DNA of 64,000 nt from Chiloscyllium plagiosum (taxonomy: Eukaryota), in NCBI RefSeq assembly GCF_004010195.1, contig NC_057757.1, forward strand, positions 9,645,646 to 9,709,645. The letters run 5' to 3'. Below the pieces are notes generated by a model. The model was not told the DNA's origin and did no database searches. It saw only the letters and a program-made list of their open reading frames with translations. Positions 1 to 11,593 of this stretch are shown here, piece after piece. The position numbers and the translations under genes were made by a program. Positions within the stretch are counted from its first letter, which is position 1. The number at the start of each line of letters is the position of its first letter.

Positions 1-229
1 AGAGATGTTAGGGGTAGGTTCTTTACTCAGCGAGTCGTGAGTTCATGGAATGCCCTGCCAGTAGCAGTGGTGGACTCTCCCTCATTATGGGCATTTAAGC
101 GGGCATTGGATAGGCATATGGAGGATAGTGGGCTAGTGTAGGTTAGGTGGGCTTGGATCGGCGCAACATCGAGGGCCGAAGGGCCTGTACTGCGCTGTAT
201 TCTTCTATGTATCTATGTATCTATATGTA
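1..229 (+). mobile_element. CR1/HER1-type LINE 3' end
   Basis: Encodes the ORF2 C-terminal motif RFFTQRVVSSWNALP...FKRALDRHM, then 3' UTR gggccgaagggcctgtactgcgctgta and a (tatgtatc)n tail. Confidence 0.9.
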
Positions 230-231
230 TT

Positions 232-994
232 ACAGGTGACCCCACTACACTATATACACTCTCTCTCCCTCTCACACACACACCCACACAGTTATATACT
301 CACACATTCATGCAGACCCTCTCTCATCCACACACACATACAGCTCCCACACTCACACCCACGCACGCATTCTCTCACAGGCTTATACTCCATCACATTC
401 ACACACCCACTTTACCAAGCTTGCACACATGCAAACACACGCTGTCTCATGTGCACTCACATTCATACACACGCACTCAGATAGACACACTCTGTCTCTC
501 TCCTGCATGCACACACACAGATCTGTTTGTGGGGTGAATTTGTATTTGCAGAATGATATTTGCAGGTACTTTCTCTTTTGCTCAAAAAATGCAAAACCTG
601 CAAAAAGTCAATGCAGGCAGTGAATCCATGTAATATTTGTAAATTCCACTTTGGAAGTAGAAGTAATCTGGCTCAAGATTGGTCTGACTTACACCATTAA
701 GGCATTGTCTGAGCTGAGATGTCACCTATTGTTATATAACTTTAAATTATCTTGAAAATGTGACTTAAAAGTAGTTCTGGGATTTACATATTAAAAGACC
801 GAAACCAGCAAATCCATTCTAAAAGATGAAAGACCTAACAATCTAGGTTTGTTCAATGTATCACTGTAATCCTTTGTTATAAATTCTGTGTCCTAAGATC
901 CTGCTCCACAGCTACCTGATGAAGCACTCCGAAAGCTAGTGCTCCCAAATAAACCTGTTGGACTATAACCTGGTGTTATGTGATTTTTAACTTT
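232..994 (+). mobile_element. Penelope-like element 3' region/pseudo-LTR with CA-rich tract and degenerate hammerhead motif
   Basis: CA-rich tract ~240-520; ends in ctgatgaagcactccgaaagctagtg...ggactataacctggtgttatgtgatttttaacttt, the same terminus as the copies at 2677, 7801 and 34940. Confidence 0.7.
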
Positions 995-1029
995 AGTCCT
1001 GGGATCCACATTGTATGGAACACAGCAAG

Positions 1030-1232
1030 ATAGGAAATAGGATGATAAGTAGGCCATCAGCCCTTTAAGCCTGCTCCACCATTCAAAATGATCATGGCTG
1101 ATCTTCCAACTCAGTCCCCTTTTCCCACTTTCTCCCCGTATCTTTGATCTTCTTAGCCCTCAGAACTATATTAAACCCCTTCTTGAAAATATTCAATACT
1201 CATGCCTCAACCACTTTCTGTGGTAAAGAGTT
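1030..1232 (-). mobile_element. old CR1 LINE 3' fragment
   Basis: Reverse complement resembles a CR1 3' UTR/ORF2 end (aggccatcagccctttaagcctgctccaccattc...atcatggctgatc). Confidence 0.65.
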
Positions 1233-1486
1233 ACCCTTTGTTCAATATAGACATTTATCTTTACTAATGAAACACCAGTAAAAGGCATTGGGAAAACTAG
1301 CAACCACAAAAGCCAGGCTTGCGCAAAACCACACAGTTAGAGCTGCTCAAATTGGTTTGAACAAAGCCGTAATATCAGGGGGCACCAGCTGCACTAGGTG
1401 ATAGTGCTCAGTCAATGTCATCTGGATGCCATGTTGTTTCTCATGGCAACTGGTAAAAAGACATCAGCAACACTAGAAAACCTAGT

Positions 1487-1797
1487 GGGCGGCACGGTGG
1501 CACAGTGGTTCGCACTGCTGCCTCACAGCGCCTGAGACCCGGGTTCAATTCCCGCCTCAGGCGACTAACTGTGTGGAGTCTGCACGTTCTCCCCGTGTCT
1601 GCGTGGGTTTCCTCCGGGTGCTCCAGTTTCCTCCCACAGTCCAAAGATGTGCAGGCCAAGTGAATTGGCCATGCTAAATTGCCCATAGTGTTAGGTAAGG
1701 GGTAAATGTAAGGGTATGGGTGGGTTGCGCTTCGGCGGGTCGGTGTGGACTTGTTGGGCCGAAGGGCCTGTTTCCACACTGTAATGTAATGTAATCT
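1487..1797 (+). mobile_element. HE1-type tRNA-derived V-SINE, full length, young
   Basis: A box tggcacagtgg, B box ggttcaattcc, V-domain tgtgtggagtctgcacgttctccccgtgtctgcgtgggtttcctccggg, CR1-like tail gggccgaagggcctgtttccacactgta plus short repeats. Confidence 0.92.
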
Positions 1798-2676
1798 AAA
1801 CAGTTCAACACAGCACAGGAACAGGCCCTTCAGCCCACAAATTCGCAAAGAGCAAATCATTCTGTAAATTTGAAATCATCTGATGATGTTGGTACTTCAA
1901 GGACAACAGCCTTTTTTAGATCTGGATGTGGCCCACAGTTCCAACTCACTGACCCCCACCAATTCCTCCCCTACCCAGGGCAATTGAAATGAAATGGGAA
2001 ATTAACCCAGTTCTTTCTTGATCTAACCCACTCTGCCTTCAAACAGTAGGCAACAAGACTAAGACTAGGGTAGTCCCCTTATTATCCGGACTGGGAGTTG
2101 ATGGCTTCATTGGAACTGGACATGCTCGTTTAACCTGGATCTGGGCAGGTTAAGGTCGGGCGGGGTTTCCTGCTCAGTCAAGCTGCACATGAGAACCTCC
2201 CCAAGAGAAAATGTTTTACCATTTTATTCAAGTTCATTGGCCCTGGGGAGCAGCAATCCTCTCTCATGCTCATCCCTCAAGGTGGTTCACTTGTCAAGTT
2301 TCTCTTTTGCTTCCACGATCTATTTACTTGATGGAGAGAATCAATCTCAGCTCCCACCAGCTGGATAGACAGGAATTCTGGCCTCAAAGAAAGAAACTGT
2401 AAAACTTGGGGAATTTGGACCTGTATGTTCACTTCCCAGAGCTACTTTATTTCACTGTTTCTGTTTCATTTGAACCAGAGTAATGGCCTGAAGCTTGAAG
2501 AAGGGGGTACAATAGCTTTTTGGAGATGAGCACATGAGCTGCTTGCTCACTGAGCTTCCCATTCTGACCAAAAACTGTAAACTTGTAACCTTGAATTTTG
2601 ATAACTGTTAGAAATCTCTCCTGCTGTGAATCCTGGGAGTGATGGATACATGATGTGAATGCTGCTCAGTATTTTG

Positions 2677-2877
2677 AAGTTAAAAATCACACAACACCAG
2701 GTTATAGTCCAACAGGTTTATTTGGAAGCACTAGCTTTCGGAGCACTGCTCCTTCACCAGGTGATGAAGAAACAGCGCTTTGAAAGCTAGTGCTTCCAAA
2801 TACACCTGTTGGACTATAACCTGGTGTTGTGTGATTTTTAACTTTGTACACCCCAGTCCAACAATGGTGTCTCCAAA
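2677..2877. mobile_element. palindromic Penelope-like mini-element (inverted pseudo-LTRs plus tail)
   Basis: Arms ~2677-2760 and ~2761-2845 are reverse complements; flanked by tcagt(a/g)ttttgaa at 2666-2678 and 2878-2890. Confidence 0.8.
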
Positions 2878-2982
2878 TCAGTGTTTTGAAATGAGATATT
2901 GCTTTTGGGTTATTTGTTTCTCCCTCTGGAACTTCGTCCACGTGATGCACTGGTATCTGACAATCCTTTGTAAATAGTACTC

Positions 2983-3196
2983 AAGCAGGACGCTGGAAGA
3001 ACACAGCAAGCCAGGCAGCATCACGGGATGGAGAAATCAACATTTCGAGTATAACCTTCCTTCAAGAATTCCTGAAGAAGGATTACACCCTAAACGTTGG
3101 CTTCTTCACATCCTGAAGCTCTGTTGCTTGCTGTGTTCTTTCAGCCTCCTGCTTGTCAATTTTGGATTCCAGCATTTGCCGGTTTTTTTTGCCTCT
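2983..3196. mobile_element. older palindromic Penelope-like mini-element
   Basis: Imperfect inverted arms around ttcaagaattcctgaagaagg; decayed ctgaagaagg..acaccc.aaacgt motif. Confidence 0.65.
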
Positions 3197-3374
3197 AATT
3201 CCTTGTAGATTACTGTGGTGACCCAGAGTGCTTTACATCACCAATAGCAGTCCCAAGGGAATTCTCCAGATTTTTATTTTCCATTAATGGTCTCTCCCAG
3301 GAGATTACTCTGGGAGGTAGGAAGGTGTCTATACGTCTGGCATTATAGTTGTGAAACAGGTCTGATGGTATATC

Positions 3375-3464
3375 CTGATGAAGGGCTTATGTCCGAAACA
3401 TCGATTCTCCTGCTCCTCGGATGCTGCCTGACCTGCTGAGCTTTTCCAGCAACACATTCTTGAC
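3375..3464 (+). mobile_element. short Penelope-like terminus beginning at the hammerhead core
   Basis: Starts CTGATGAagggcttatgtccGAAAcatc; flanked by a perfect 14-bp duplication tctgatggtatatc (3361-3374, 3465-3478). Confidence 0.8.
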
Positions 3465-3655
3465 TCTGATGGTATATCTGACCTTTTCCTGTTCCTTGTT
3501 GCTGTAGATTTGGAATGAAGGTGGTGTAGTGAGATTGTCACTGATGATTCTGAGGCCCAGGCTAAGGTTTTAGGGACATGGATTCAAATCTTGCCCCACC
3601 AGCTGGTTAGTACATCCAAATAAAAAGCCAGTCTTCTTAATTGTGACCATGGTAA

Positions 3656-4292
3656 TGTGACGATACAATGGTTATTTTGTTTTTTTTTAAGAGAAGTTTT
3701 AAGACAGAAGTGCTGAGCTGTCTGTTTGGAAAACCAGTAGCCTAAATAGCTTGTGCAGCCTTAGAGTTTTTTTTTAGTTGGAATAATAGAAGCAGCCTGA
3801 ATGGGTGTGGTCAATCTCAAATCAAATAAGTTTTAGTTTCTTAGTTTTTCACACATAGCAATTGTTTTGGGATCCATTGCTGCAGTATTTCAGAATTTCA
3901 GTCTTTCAGAATTGTCTTGAAGTTTCTCCTCCTGGGCTGCTACAGTTGTGCATGAAATAATCTGTTTGCTTGAATTTCTCTTCTGCCAAGGCTGTGTTTA
4001 TGGAATGTTACTATATTGGAACTGTTAATTAGTAATAGCTAGTGGATCGATTATTATGTTAAGTTGTCCAATAGAGTCATAGCTAAGCCAATTATTGCCT
4101 TTATTCTTTCTTTTGTCTATATTGACCATAGTTTATGAATAAAGTGTGTTTTATTTTACGCTGGTTAGTTTGACCAATTGAATTGCATCTGGAATGCAAA
4201 ACCTTATATTTATCTTTAAAATAAGAAAATGCTAAGGTCTAGGTTACCTTCTTAATATATTTTAAAGTGGTCTGGTCTGGTCGATATCAACA
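3656..4292 (+). mobile_element. probable solo LTR
   Basis: 637-bp TG...CA block that splits a SINE; AATAAA at 4138; no clear TSD. Confidence 0.55.
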
Positions 4293-4380
4293 ACTATCAT
4301 TCATTTGTAAAAATCCATCTTGTTCTCTAATGTCCTTCTGGGGTGGAAACTTGCCATCCTAACTCCATATCCAAAACAGT

Positions 4381-4693
4381 GGGCGGCACGGTGGCACAGT
4401 GGTTAGCACTGCTGCCTCACAGCGCCAGAGACCCGGGTTCAATTCCCGACTCAGGCGACTGACTGTGTGGAGTTTGCACATTTTCCCCGTGTCTGCGTGG
4501 GTTTCCTCTGGGTGCTCCGGTTTCCTCCCACAGTCCAAAGATGTGCAGGTCAGGTGAATTGGCCATGCTAAATTGCCCGTAGTGTTAGGTTAAAGGGGTA
4601 AATGTAGGGGTATGGGTGGGTTGCGCTTCGGCGGGGGGGTGTGGACTTGTTGGGCCGAAGGGCCTGTTTCCACACTGTAAGTAATCTAATCTA
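4381..4693 (+). mobile_element. HE1-type V-SINE, full length
   Basis: Near-identical to 1487-1797. Confidence 0.92.
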
Positions 4694-7321
4694 GTGTGCT
4701 TCATTCTTAATTGCCCTTTGAAATGGCTGAGCAAGCCTTTCAGTTCCAGGGCAATTAGAGATGAGCAATAAACGCTGCTCTTGCCAGCACCCCCTACGTC
4801 TCATGTAAGAATCCAAGAGATACTTATCAAGCTGGGATCTCGATCCTCGAACACCAGTTACTGATTCCACACTCGTCTGGCCAACCGTGATGAGTTGAGA
4901 TTAGATGATGCCACCATGATACATTTGACGGAAATGGCTGCCTCGAGTAAGGGACTCCAGCCTTTGGTCATGTCCCCTACTGTTGGGGGGGGGGGGGGAG
5001 CCAGAGATAGAGGTGTAGACTGACAATCCTCCAGTGATTCCTTTTACTTCTCTTGGACTTGAGCATCTCACTTTGGGCTGCAAACTCTAAATGAATGACA
5101 GAGGGGGGAGCAGTTTCGCCCAATGACCTCCTGCATTTATCTGCCTCAGCTGGTAAAACAACCTTCTTCCAGGCCTACCCTACATTCTGGATATTTTTAT
5201 AACTCGTATAGGAAAGTATTCAGTGATAATTGAGAAAAAAAACACACATGTGAATTATTGATAACTCGATGATTATTCTCCAGATTTGCCCTGGAGATCA
5301 ATTGTCAATTTCTGGAGACTTGAACTCAATCCCTGAGCATTCGACAATGACAGTCTTTCTCCCTCCTGGTTAATATCAACCAATTCAAACCGGGAACAGA
5401 TGGAGTGTGGCTCCCCATTAGTCTGCAGCATGCACCATGGGACATTCCTTCACTAAGCCATCAGAGACTCCAACTCTTTGCTGATGCAATTGCAACACCA
5501 AAAACAAATTTGCTGGGTCACCAAATGATTCTTGATGACATTTGCAAGCCACTGTGCTGTTCTGAAATGCCTTCTGAAGGATAGGGTTCAATGTGGTTAA
5601 CCAGATGAGAGCCGGTTTGACCGCTATCCGACCAGGGTAGAGTTACTAGACTGAAAAAGCCATCGAGGTTTGGCACATCAGAATTGGGAGGGGTTCAGAA
5701 CCAGAGTTTTGAATTTCCTCAAAGACTCCTGTCATTTCCATTAGGTCAGGGCAGGGTCACCACCTGCACTCACTTAAAGTGGGGCGGGAACATGCAGGAA
5801 ATTAAAATTTCTCTGTCTTTGGCATTTCGTATAGCTGAGTGAGATCCGAAGCTTGTGCTAAGTGAATTCATGCACCGTGGCAGGGGACTACTGAAGAGTC
5901 AGGAACCTTTAACAGGTCAGTTTGAAAGTTGCTGCCAATGCCTCCTCATGTCTCACGTGTCCCCATCATTTTCTTTCATATGCCCAAACCACCCCTGGGG
6001 TCTTCTATCCCTAATGTCCTTTCCATACCCCTTCTGTGACCACTACCCATCCATATTCCAGGCCCACTCTCCCAATGGACATTATATAATTCCAATCACC
6101 CACTCAGATCTGGACAATCCTCAAAACAGTCATCGTATGCATTTGAAAATGTCCCTTGGGGAAAAGAAACTATTGAGCTCTTAAAAGTACCAAACAGCCA
6201 CCGTCATTCATCGTTTCAATGTCAAAAGCTTTCATCAAGCCCACATCCCTTAATCTTGTGTAAGCATTAAAAACCAACATCAAAGAAATAATTACTTATT
6301 ATAAGATAATACGTATGTCAATCAAACAAGCCATACAATTCCCTGCTAGGCATGTGAATGTTGCCTGCTGAGCTGAGGGCAGTATCTGTTCCTGGAGCTT
6401 AGCCAAACAACTGGATCTGCAGCAGTAGTTTGAGTAGATGACCAGATGACTTTTCCAGATTACCACATTTCCATTTGTCTTCCCAATTATTTGCTGTATC
6501 GGCAGGCTAACTTTTGTGATTCAGTTACCAGAACACTCAAAACCCTCTTTACTACAGCATTCAGTGTTTGTTCTCTATTTAAATATTGTGTTTTTCTCAT
6601 CCTGCTACCAAAGTGAACAGCCTCACATAGTTTTCACATTATACTTGATTTAACAAGTTTTCCCACTCACTTAACTTATGTTCCTTATATAGTTATGAGA
6701 AACATAACTAATCCTTATAGTTATAAGGAATAAGTTTGTATCATCCTTCCAAGTTGCTTTCCCACCTAATGTTATATCACCAGCTATTGTGGCTACAATA
6801 TACTCACTCCCTTTATTCACCTCATCAATACAGACTGTAAACACTTCAGCCGCAACACCATAAGCTCTTAACTTGTGTGCTGAAGTTTTATGTGGTAATT
6901 CTTTGCATTTCAGAAACCCAAATTCATTACATTTACTGGTTCCCCTTTATTGCCTCTGGTTATTACATACTCAAAGAGCTTGAATAAATTTTTCAGATAT
7001 GGTTATCCTTTTAGAAAACCACTTGGCACTACTTGATTGAATTATGATTTCCTAAATGTTCTGCCATTAATTTTATATTGCAGCACTATCCCAACGATAG
7101 ATAGAGACTATCTGCCCTCTTGTTCCGTTTTTCTCTCTCCATCCTTTCTAAACATTGGTTTAGAAAATCTGTCATTTTCTAAAACATTGAGAATCTGTCA
7201 CAATCTATGGATTTATGGAAGATTACAACCAATGCATCCATTACATTTGCTGCCACTTCTTTCAAGACCCTAGGAAGCAGACAACTACAGACTTGTTAGC
7301 CTTCTGACACATCAAGTTTTG

Positions 7322-7637
7322 AGATTAGATTAGATTCCCTACAGTGTGGAAACAGGCCCTTCGGCCCAACAAGTCCACACTGACCCGCCGAAGCGTATAC
7401 CACCCAGACCCATTCCCCTACATTTACCCCTTCACCTAACACTAGGGGCAATTTAGCATGGCCAATTCACCTAACCTGCCAATCTTTGGACTGTGGGAGG
7501 AAACCAGAGCACCCGGAGGAAACCCACACAGACACAGGGAGAATGTGCAAACTCCACACAGACAGCTACCCAAGGCTGAAATCAAACCTGGGTCCCTGTG
7601 CTGTGAGGCAGCAGTGCTTACCACTGAGCCACCGCCC
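7322..7637 (-). mobile_element. HE1-type V-SINE
   Basis: Reverse complement of the 1487 family, with an (agatt)n tail. Confidence 0.9.
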
Positions 7638-7800
7638 CTCTAGTTAATGTAATTGTTTTATTTTTCTCATTGAGATGGTACTACTCTTGAGATGATTTGA
7701 ATATCTTATGCTGTGAAGATAGATACAAAATACTTGTTCAAAGTCCTTATCATTGCTTCATTTACCATTAATAATTTCCAAGTCTCACTCTTTACAGGGG

Positions 7801-8002
7801 ACAAAGTTAAAAAATCACACAATACCACGGTATCGACCAACAGGTTTATTTGGACGGAGTAGCTTTCAGAGTGCTGCTTCATCATCAGGTGGTTTTGCAG
7901 AGATTTGAAAGCTTGTACCTCCAAATAAACCTGTTGGGCTATAACTTGGTGTTGTGTGATTTTTAACTTTAAGCAACCCAGTCCAACACTAGCTCCTTCA
8001 AA
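7801..8002. mobile_element. palindromic Penelope-like mini-element
   Basis: Same family as 2677; inverted arms; TSD tcttta(c/a)agggg at 7789-7800 and 8003-8014. Confidence 0.78.
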
Positions 8003-8442
8003 TCTTTAAAGGGGGGGTGCTGACTTGAGCTATTCTCCTCTTTTTCATAAAAGCGTAGAAGCTTCTACTGTCTATCTTTACACTTCTTGCTCATTTATTC
8101 TAATATTCCAATTTCTCCCTGTATCAGTTCTTTAGTCATCCTGGCTCAGTTTCTGAAAGTTTTTTTACTCAGCATCCGTATGGTGGAGTCTTTCTTTCTT
8201 TGACATCAATGACCCTCACTAGATTGGGCTTTTTGCAACAGTGTGGAGTTTCTTGATCACATAGTCCAGCCAGGCAAGTGCAGTAAATATAGAACATAGA
8301 ACAATATAGCGCAGGAGGAGAATGGGAGCATTCCCATAGGATTATTACCGTTTAGATTTATTCAAGGTACTACACACGTTTGCCTGAGCGTAAACTTAGT
8401 TAAATAAAATGGTTGGCATCGATCTTCAATAGGGGGGTGTAC

Positions 8443-8523
8443 CTTCAGGTGCTGGAGTTGCCTTCGCTCATCCTCCAGCTGTCGTTTCTTGTTTTCTATC
8501 TCTGTCTGTCGCTTCCTCTTCTC
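8443..8523 (-). CDS. PALM: paralemmin-1-like coding exon (equivalent to exon 3), EKRKRQTEIENKKRQLEDERRQLQHLK
   Basis: 81-nt phase 0/0 exon with a pyrimidine tract...cccag acceptor and AAG|gtacac donor; peptide nearly identical to the recalled paralemmin-1 EKRKRQAEIENKRRQLEDERRQLQHLK. Confidence 0.93.
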
Positions 8524-9006
8524 CTGGGAATGAGAGAGAGCAAGAAGGAATCAGTTCAAAAGACTCGCTAAATAATTCCCCGTTCACTTACTCAGTCTGT
8601 TGTCTCTCTCAGTTTTCCTGAATAGAACATCCTGAAAGGGGAACTGCTGCTGGATTTGCGTTACGTTGCATTAAATTCAGTGATTGGTTAATTGTGGATT
8701 TTCACACAGAAGGTGATGAATGAATTCACACAGTCTTTTAACGTCAGAGATTGGTTTCAGTTAAACATTATTATTGTGAAATATCGCTTTTTTTAAAAAA
8801 GGTTCCAATAAATTCTGAGTAACAATGGCAGCTTTTAATAGTTCCAAACAAAACTGCTGCTTCAACCGCCTGTCTCCCCTCCTCACTCCCACATTGTCCC
8901 AATACACCCCCTTCCCCACTCCATTCCTTCCCCACTCTCCCACTCTCCCACCCTCCCCCACTCCCTCCNNNNNNNNNNNNNNNNNNNNNNNNNNNNNNNN
9001 NNNNNN

Positions 9007-9593
9007 GTTCGTTAGCAGAGGGATTGAATTCAAGAGTCGTTAAGTGATGTTGCAGCTGTACAGGACTTTGTTTAGGCCACATTTGGAGTACTGTGTGCAG
9101 TTCTGGTTGCCTCACTTTAGGAAAGATGTGGAAGCTTTGGAGAGGGTGCAGAGAAGATTTACCAGGATGTTGCCTGGAATGGAGAGGAAGTCGTACGAGG
9201 ATAGGTTGAGAGTTCTCGGCCTTTTCTCGTTGGTACGGCGTAGGATGAGGGGTGACTTGATAGAGGTTTATAAGATGATCAGAGGAATAGATAGAGTAGA
9301 CAGTCAGAAACTTTTTCCCTGGGTACAACAGAGTGTTACAAGGGGACATAAATTTAAGGTGAAGGGTGGAAGGTATAGGGGAGATGTCAGGGGTGGGTTC
9401 TTTACCCAGAGAGTGGTGGGGGCATGGAATGCGCTGCCCGTGGGAGTGGTAGAGTCGGAATCATTGGCGACCTTTAAGCGGCATTTGGATAGGTACATGG
9501 ATGGGTACTTAATCTAGGTTAGAAGTTCGGCACAACATCGTGGGCCGAAGGGCCTGTTCTGTGCTGTATTGTTCTATGTTCTATGTTCTATGT
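9007..9593 (+). mobile_element. young CR1/HER1 LINE 3' fragment
   Basis: ORF 9044-9517 (LYRTLFRPHLEYCVQFW...FFTQRVVGAWNALP) and (ttctatg)n tail; 5' end lies in the gap; in-frame TAA at 9041. Confidence 0.95.
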
Positions 9594-9594
9594 A

Positions 9595-9910
9595 CTCCAG
9601 GTTGCTGAGTCTAAAATCGAGGGACACTAGGTAAGGATAAGGGGAGTGACACTTCAGTCTGAAATGAGAAGAATTCCTCTTACTCAGTGTTGTAAATCTT
9701 TGCCATTCTCTCCCAGCAATCTATGGAAGCTGAATTGTTGAATATGGTTAAAGTTGAGACTGATAGATTTCTGCTGACTAGAGTATCCAAGCTTATGGGG
9801 CTGGGGTGGGTAAAATACAATGAATTCTTCAATTAGCTAGGATTGCACTGAATGGTGAGGGAAGCCCGATAGGCAGTGTGGTCTACTCCTGCTCTGATGT
9901 GCTATGTTCC
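9595..9910 (+). mobile_element. older CR1 3' fragment
   Basis: Decayed ORF2 end and 3' UTR ending tactcctgctctgatgtgctatgttc. Confidence 0.6.
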
Positions 9911-10244
9911 TTGATCCATCATTCTCAATATCCAGGAGAAAAATGCAAGATGATCCCCATCGTGAATACTTAGTGAACTGACTAATAGCTTAGGAGTGGG
10001 TCTGGGTGGGTTGCCCTTCAGAAGGTCAATGCAGACTCAATGGGCTGAATGGCCTCTAATTACACTGTAGGGATTCTATGATTCTATAAAGACTCAGTCA
10101 GGCAGGTGTTTGCTGACACCATTGTAAAGGGGACTGCTGGCTTTGTTTGATTGACAGGTTTATTACTGTTGAAGTCTGTTTTAATTAGTTGTGTGTAGTT
10201 TTAACTAAGGTCAAAGTTTCTTCAATGGAATTTAGGAAATAATT

Positions 10245-10600
10245 CATTTATGAGACATGGCTTTCACTGACTTGGCCAGCATTTATTGCTCATCCCCAAC
10301 TGCACTCAAACTAAATGGTTTGCAAAGCTATTTCAGAGGCAATTAAGAGTAAACCATAATGCTATGAGTCACATGTAGGTCAGGCTAGTTAAGAGTGGCA
10401 GATTTCCCTCCTTAAAGGACATTAGTAAACCAGATGGGTTTTTATGTAAATGAACAGTGGTCATCATTAGATTCAGTTTTTAATTTCAGAATTTATTGAA
10501 CTCAGATTTCACCAAGGTGAGATTCAAACCCATACCCCAGAACATTAGCATGGGATTCTGGATTATTCGTCGGTGATTTTGTCACTACACAGCCACCTCT
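10245..10600 (-). mobile_element. tRNA-derived SINE (second family)
   Basis: Reverse complement of the 60445 family (aaggacattagtaaaccagatgggtttt). Confidence 0.75.
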
Positions 10601-11239
10601 CCATTTCACAGGTAGCATTTCAGTGACAGTTTTATTACATTCTATGATGTCAGTTTTCAATATCTATCTGCTTATTTGAGCAATATTAAAGGTTTTTTTT
10701 CAGTGAGATGCTCATTGGCTGTGTTTGATTGACAATTTTATGATCAACTGGGCATCAAAGTGGAACTGGAGGCCATGGGTACATCCCATTTCATCGTGCC
10801 AATGTGGGGTTGCCCAGTGTTGGAAAATTCAGCGGCCAGCTCACCAACTTAACTTTAGAGGTAGGTCATCCGGGTTGGAAAACAAGAAGCACTTTCTGAC
10901 TTGATGTAAAAACCTGGAACTCACTCTCCCAAAGGTATTTGGATACTAGGGAATAACTGGAGCTTTCCAGACTGTGATTAACGGAGCTGGTTAGTTAATG
11001 TCATGGAGCCAAAATGTGTAAGGTTATAAAAGGATTTGCAAAAATGGTTTCAGAGATGAGGATCTGAGGTAGAGGTTTGGAGAAGTTAGGACCAACTTCC
11101 TTGGAGAGAAGAAGGTTTGAGAGGAGATCTGATTGAGGTGTTCAAAATCTTTGGTAGGTCAGGACAGAGTATATAGGATCAGGGATCAAGAATGAGAGGA
11201 CACAGAACCTAATGTCATTGATATACTATGATGGCCATC

Positions 11240-11480
11240 GATATGTACCAACAGATTCAGGAGCAGCTTCTTCCCTACTGTTGTTAGACTTCTGAACAGA
11301 CTTCTCAAATTTTAAATTTAATGATGAACTCACTCTTCCTCTGCAGCTGCAACACAGTATTCCTTGTTCTGTTCTATTACCCTAATGCACTTTGGTATGG
11401 TATGATCTGCCTGTACTACATGCAAAACAAAAGTTTTCACTATACCCAGGTGCATGTGACATTAAAAAATCAAATCAAAA
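11240..11480 (+). mobile_element. Rex1-like LINE 3' end
   Basis: TNRFRSSFFPTVVRLLN-type end, 3' UTR ttttcactata...catgtgaca and (aatca)n tail; matches 43360-43580. Confidence 0.65.
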
Positions 11481-11593
11481 AAACATTGAATAATAATATC
11501 AGATCAGATGAATGAAAACTAATTTTCCTAAACAGTTAAAGTTTTCCTGTGGACAGTGTTCAGCTGAGGCATTCAAAAGGGAATTGGCCTTTT

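Larger units (their letters stand above)
3520..4810 (+). mobile_element. tRNA-derived SINE (second family), interrupted by a solo LTR and an HE1 SINE
   Basis: Head gtggtgtagtg...ggattcaaatc; body resumes at ~4293 (aaaatccatcttgttctctaatgtcc) and ~4694; tail gggcaattagagatgagcaataaacgctg. Confidence 0.7.
6540..8165 (-). mobile_element. highly decayed CR1 LINE ORF2 remnant carrying nested insertions
   Basis: Reverse-strand remnants such as LNKYFVSIFT and RT-region-like stretches; interrupted by HE1 and Penelope-like inserts. Confidence 0.55.

Noticed and set aside
215..623. His/Thr-rich ORFs
   Set aside because: Translation of a CA-rich low-complexity tract
1487..1560. tRNA gene
   Set aside because: tRNA-derived head of an HE1 SINE, continuous with the V-domain
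1..8442. Next PALM exon (SKALRERWLL-type)
   Set aside because: Looked for on the minus strand and not found; presumably outside the window
9044..9517. 157-aa ORF as a host gene
   Set aside because: CR1 ORF2 C-terminus, with an upstream in-frame stop and a LINE tail
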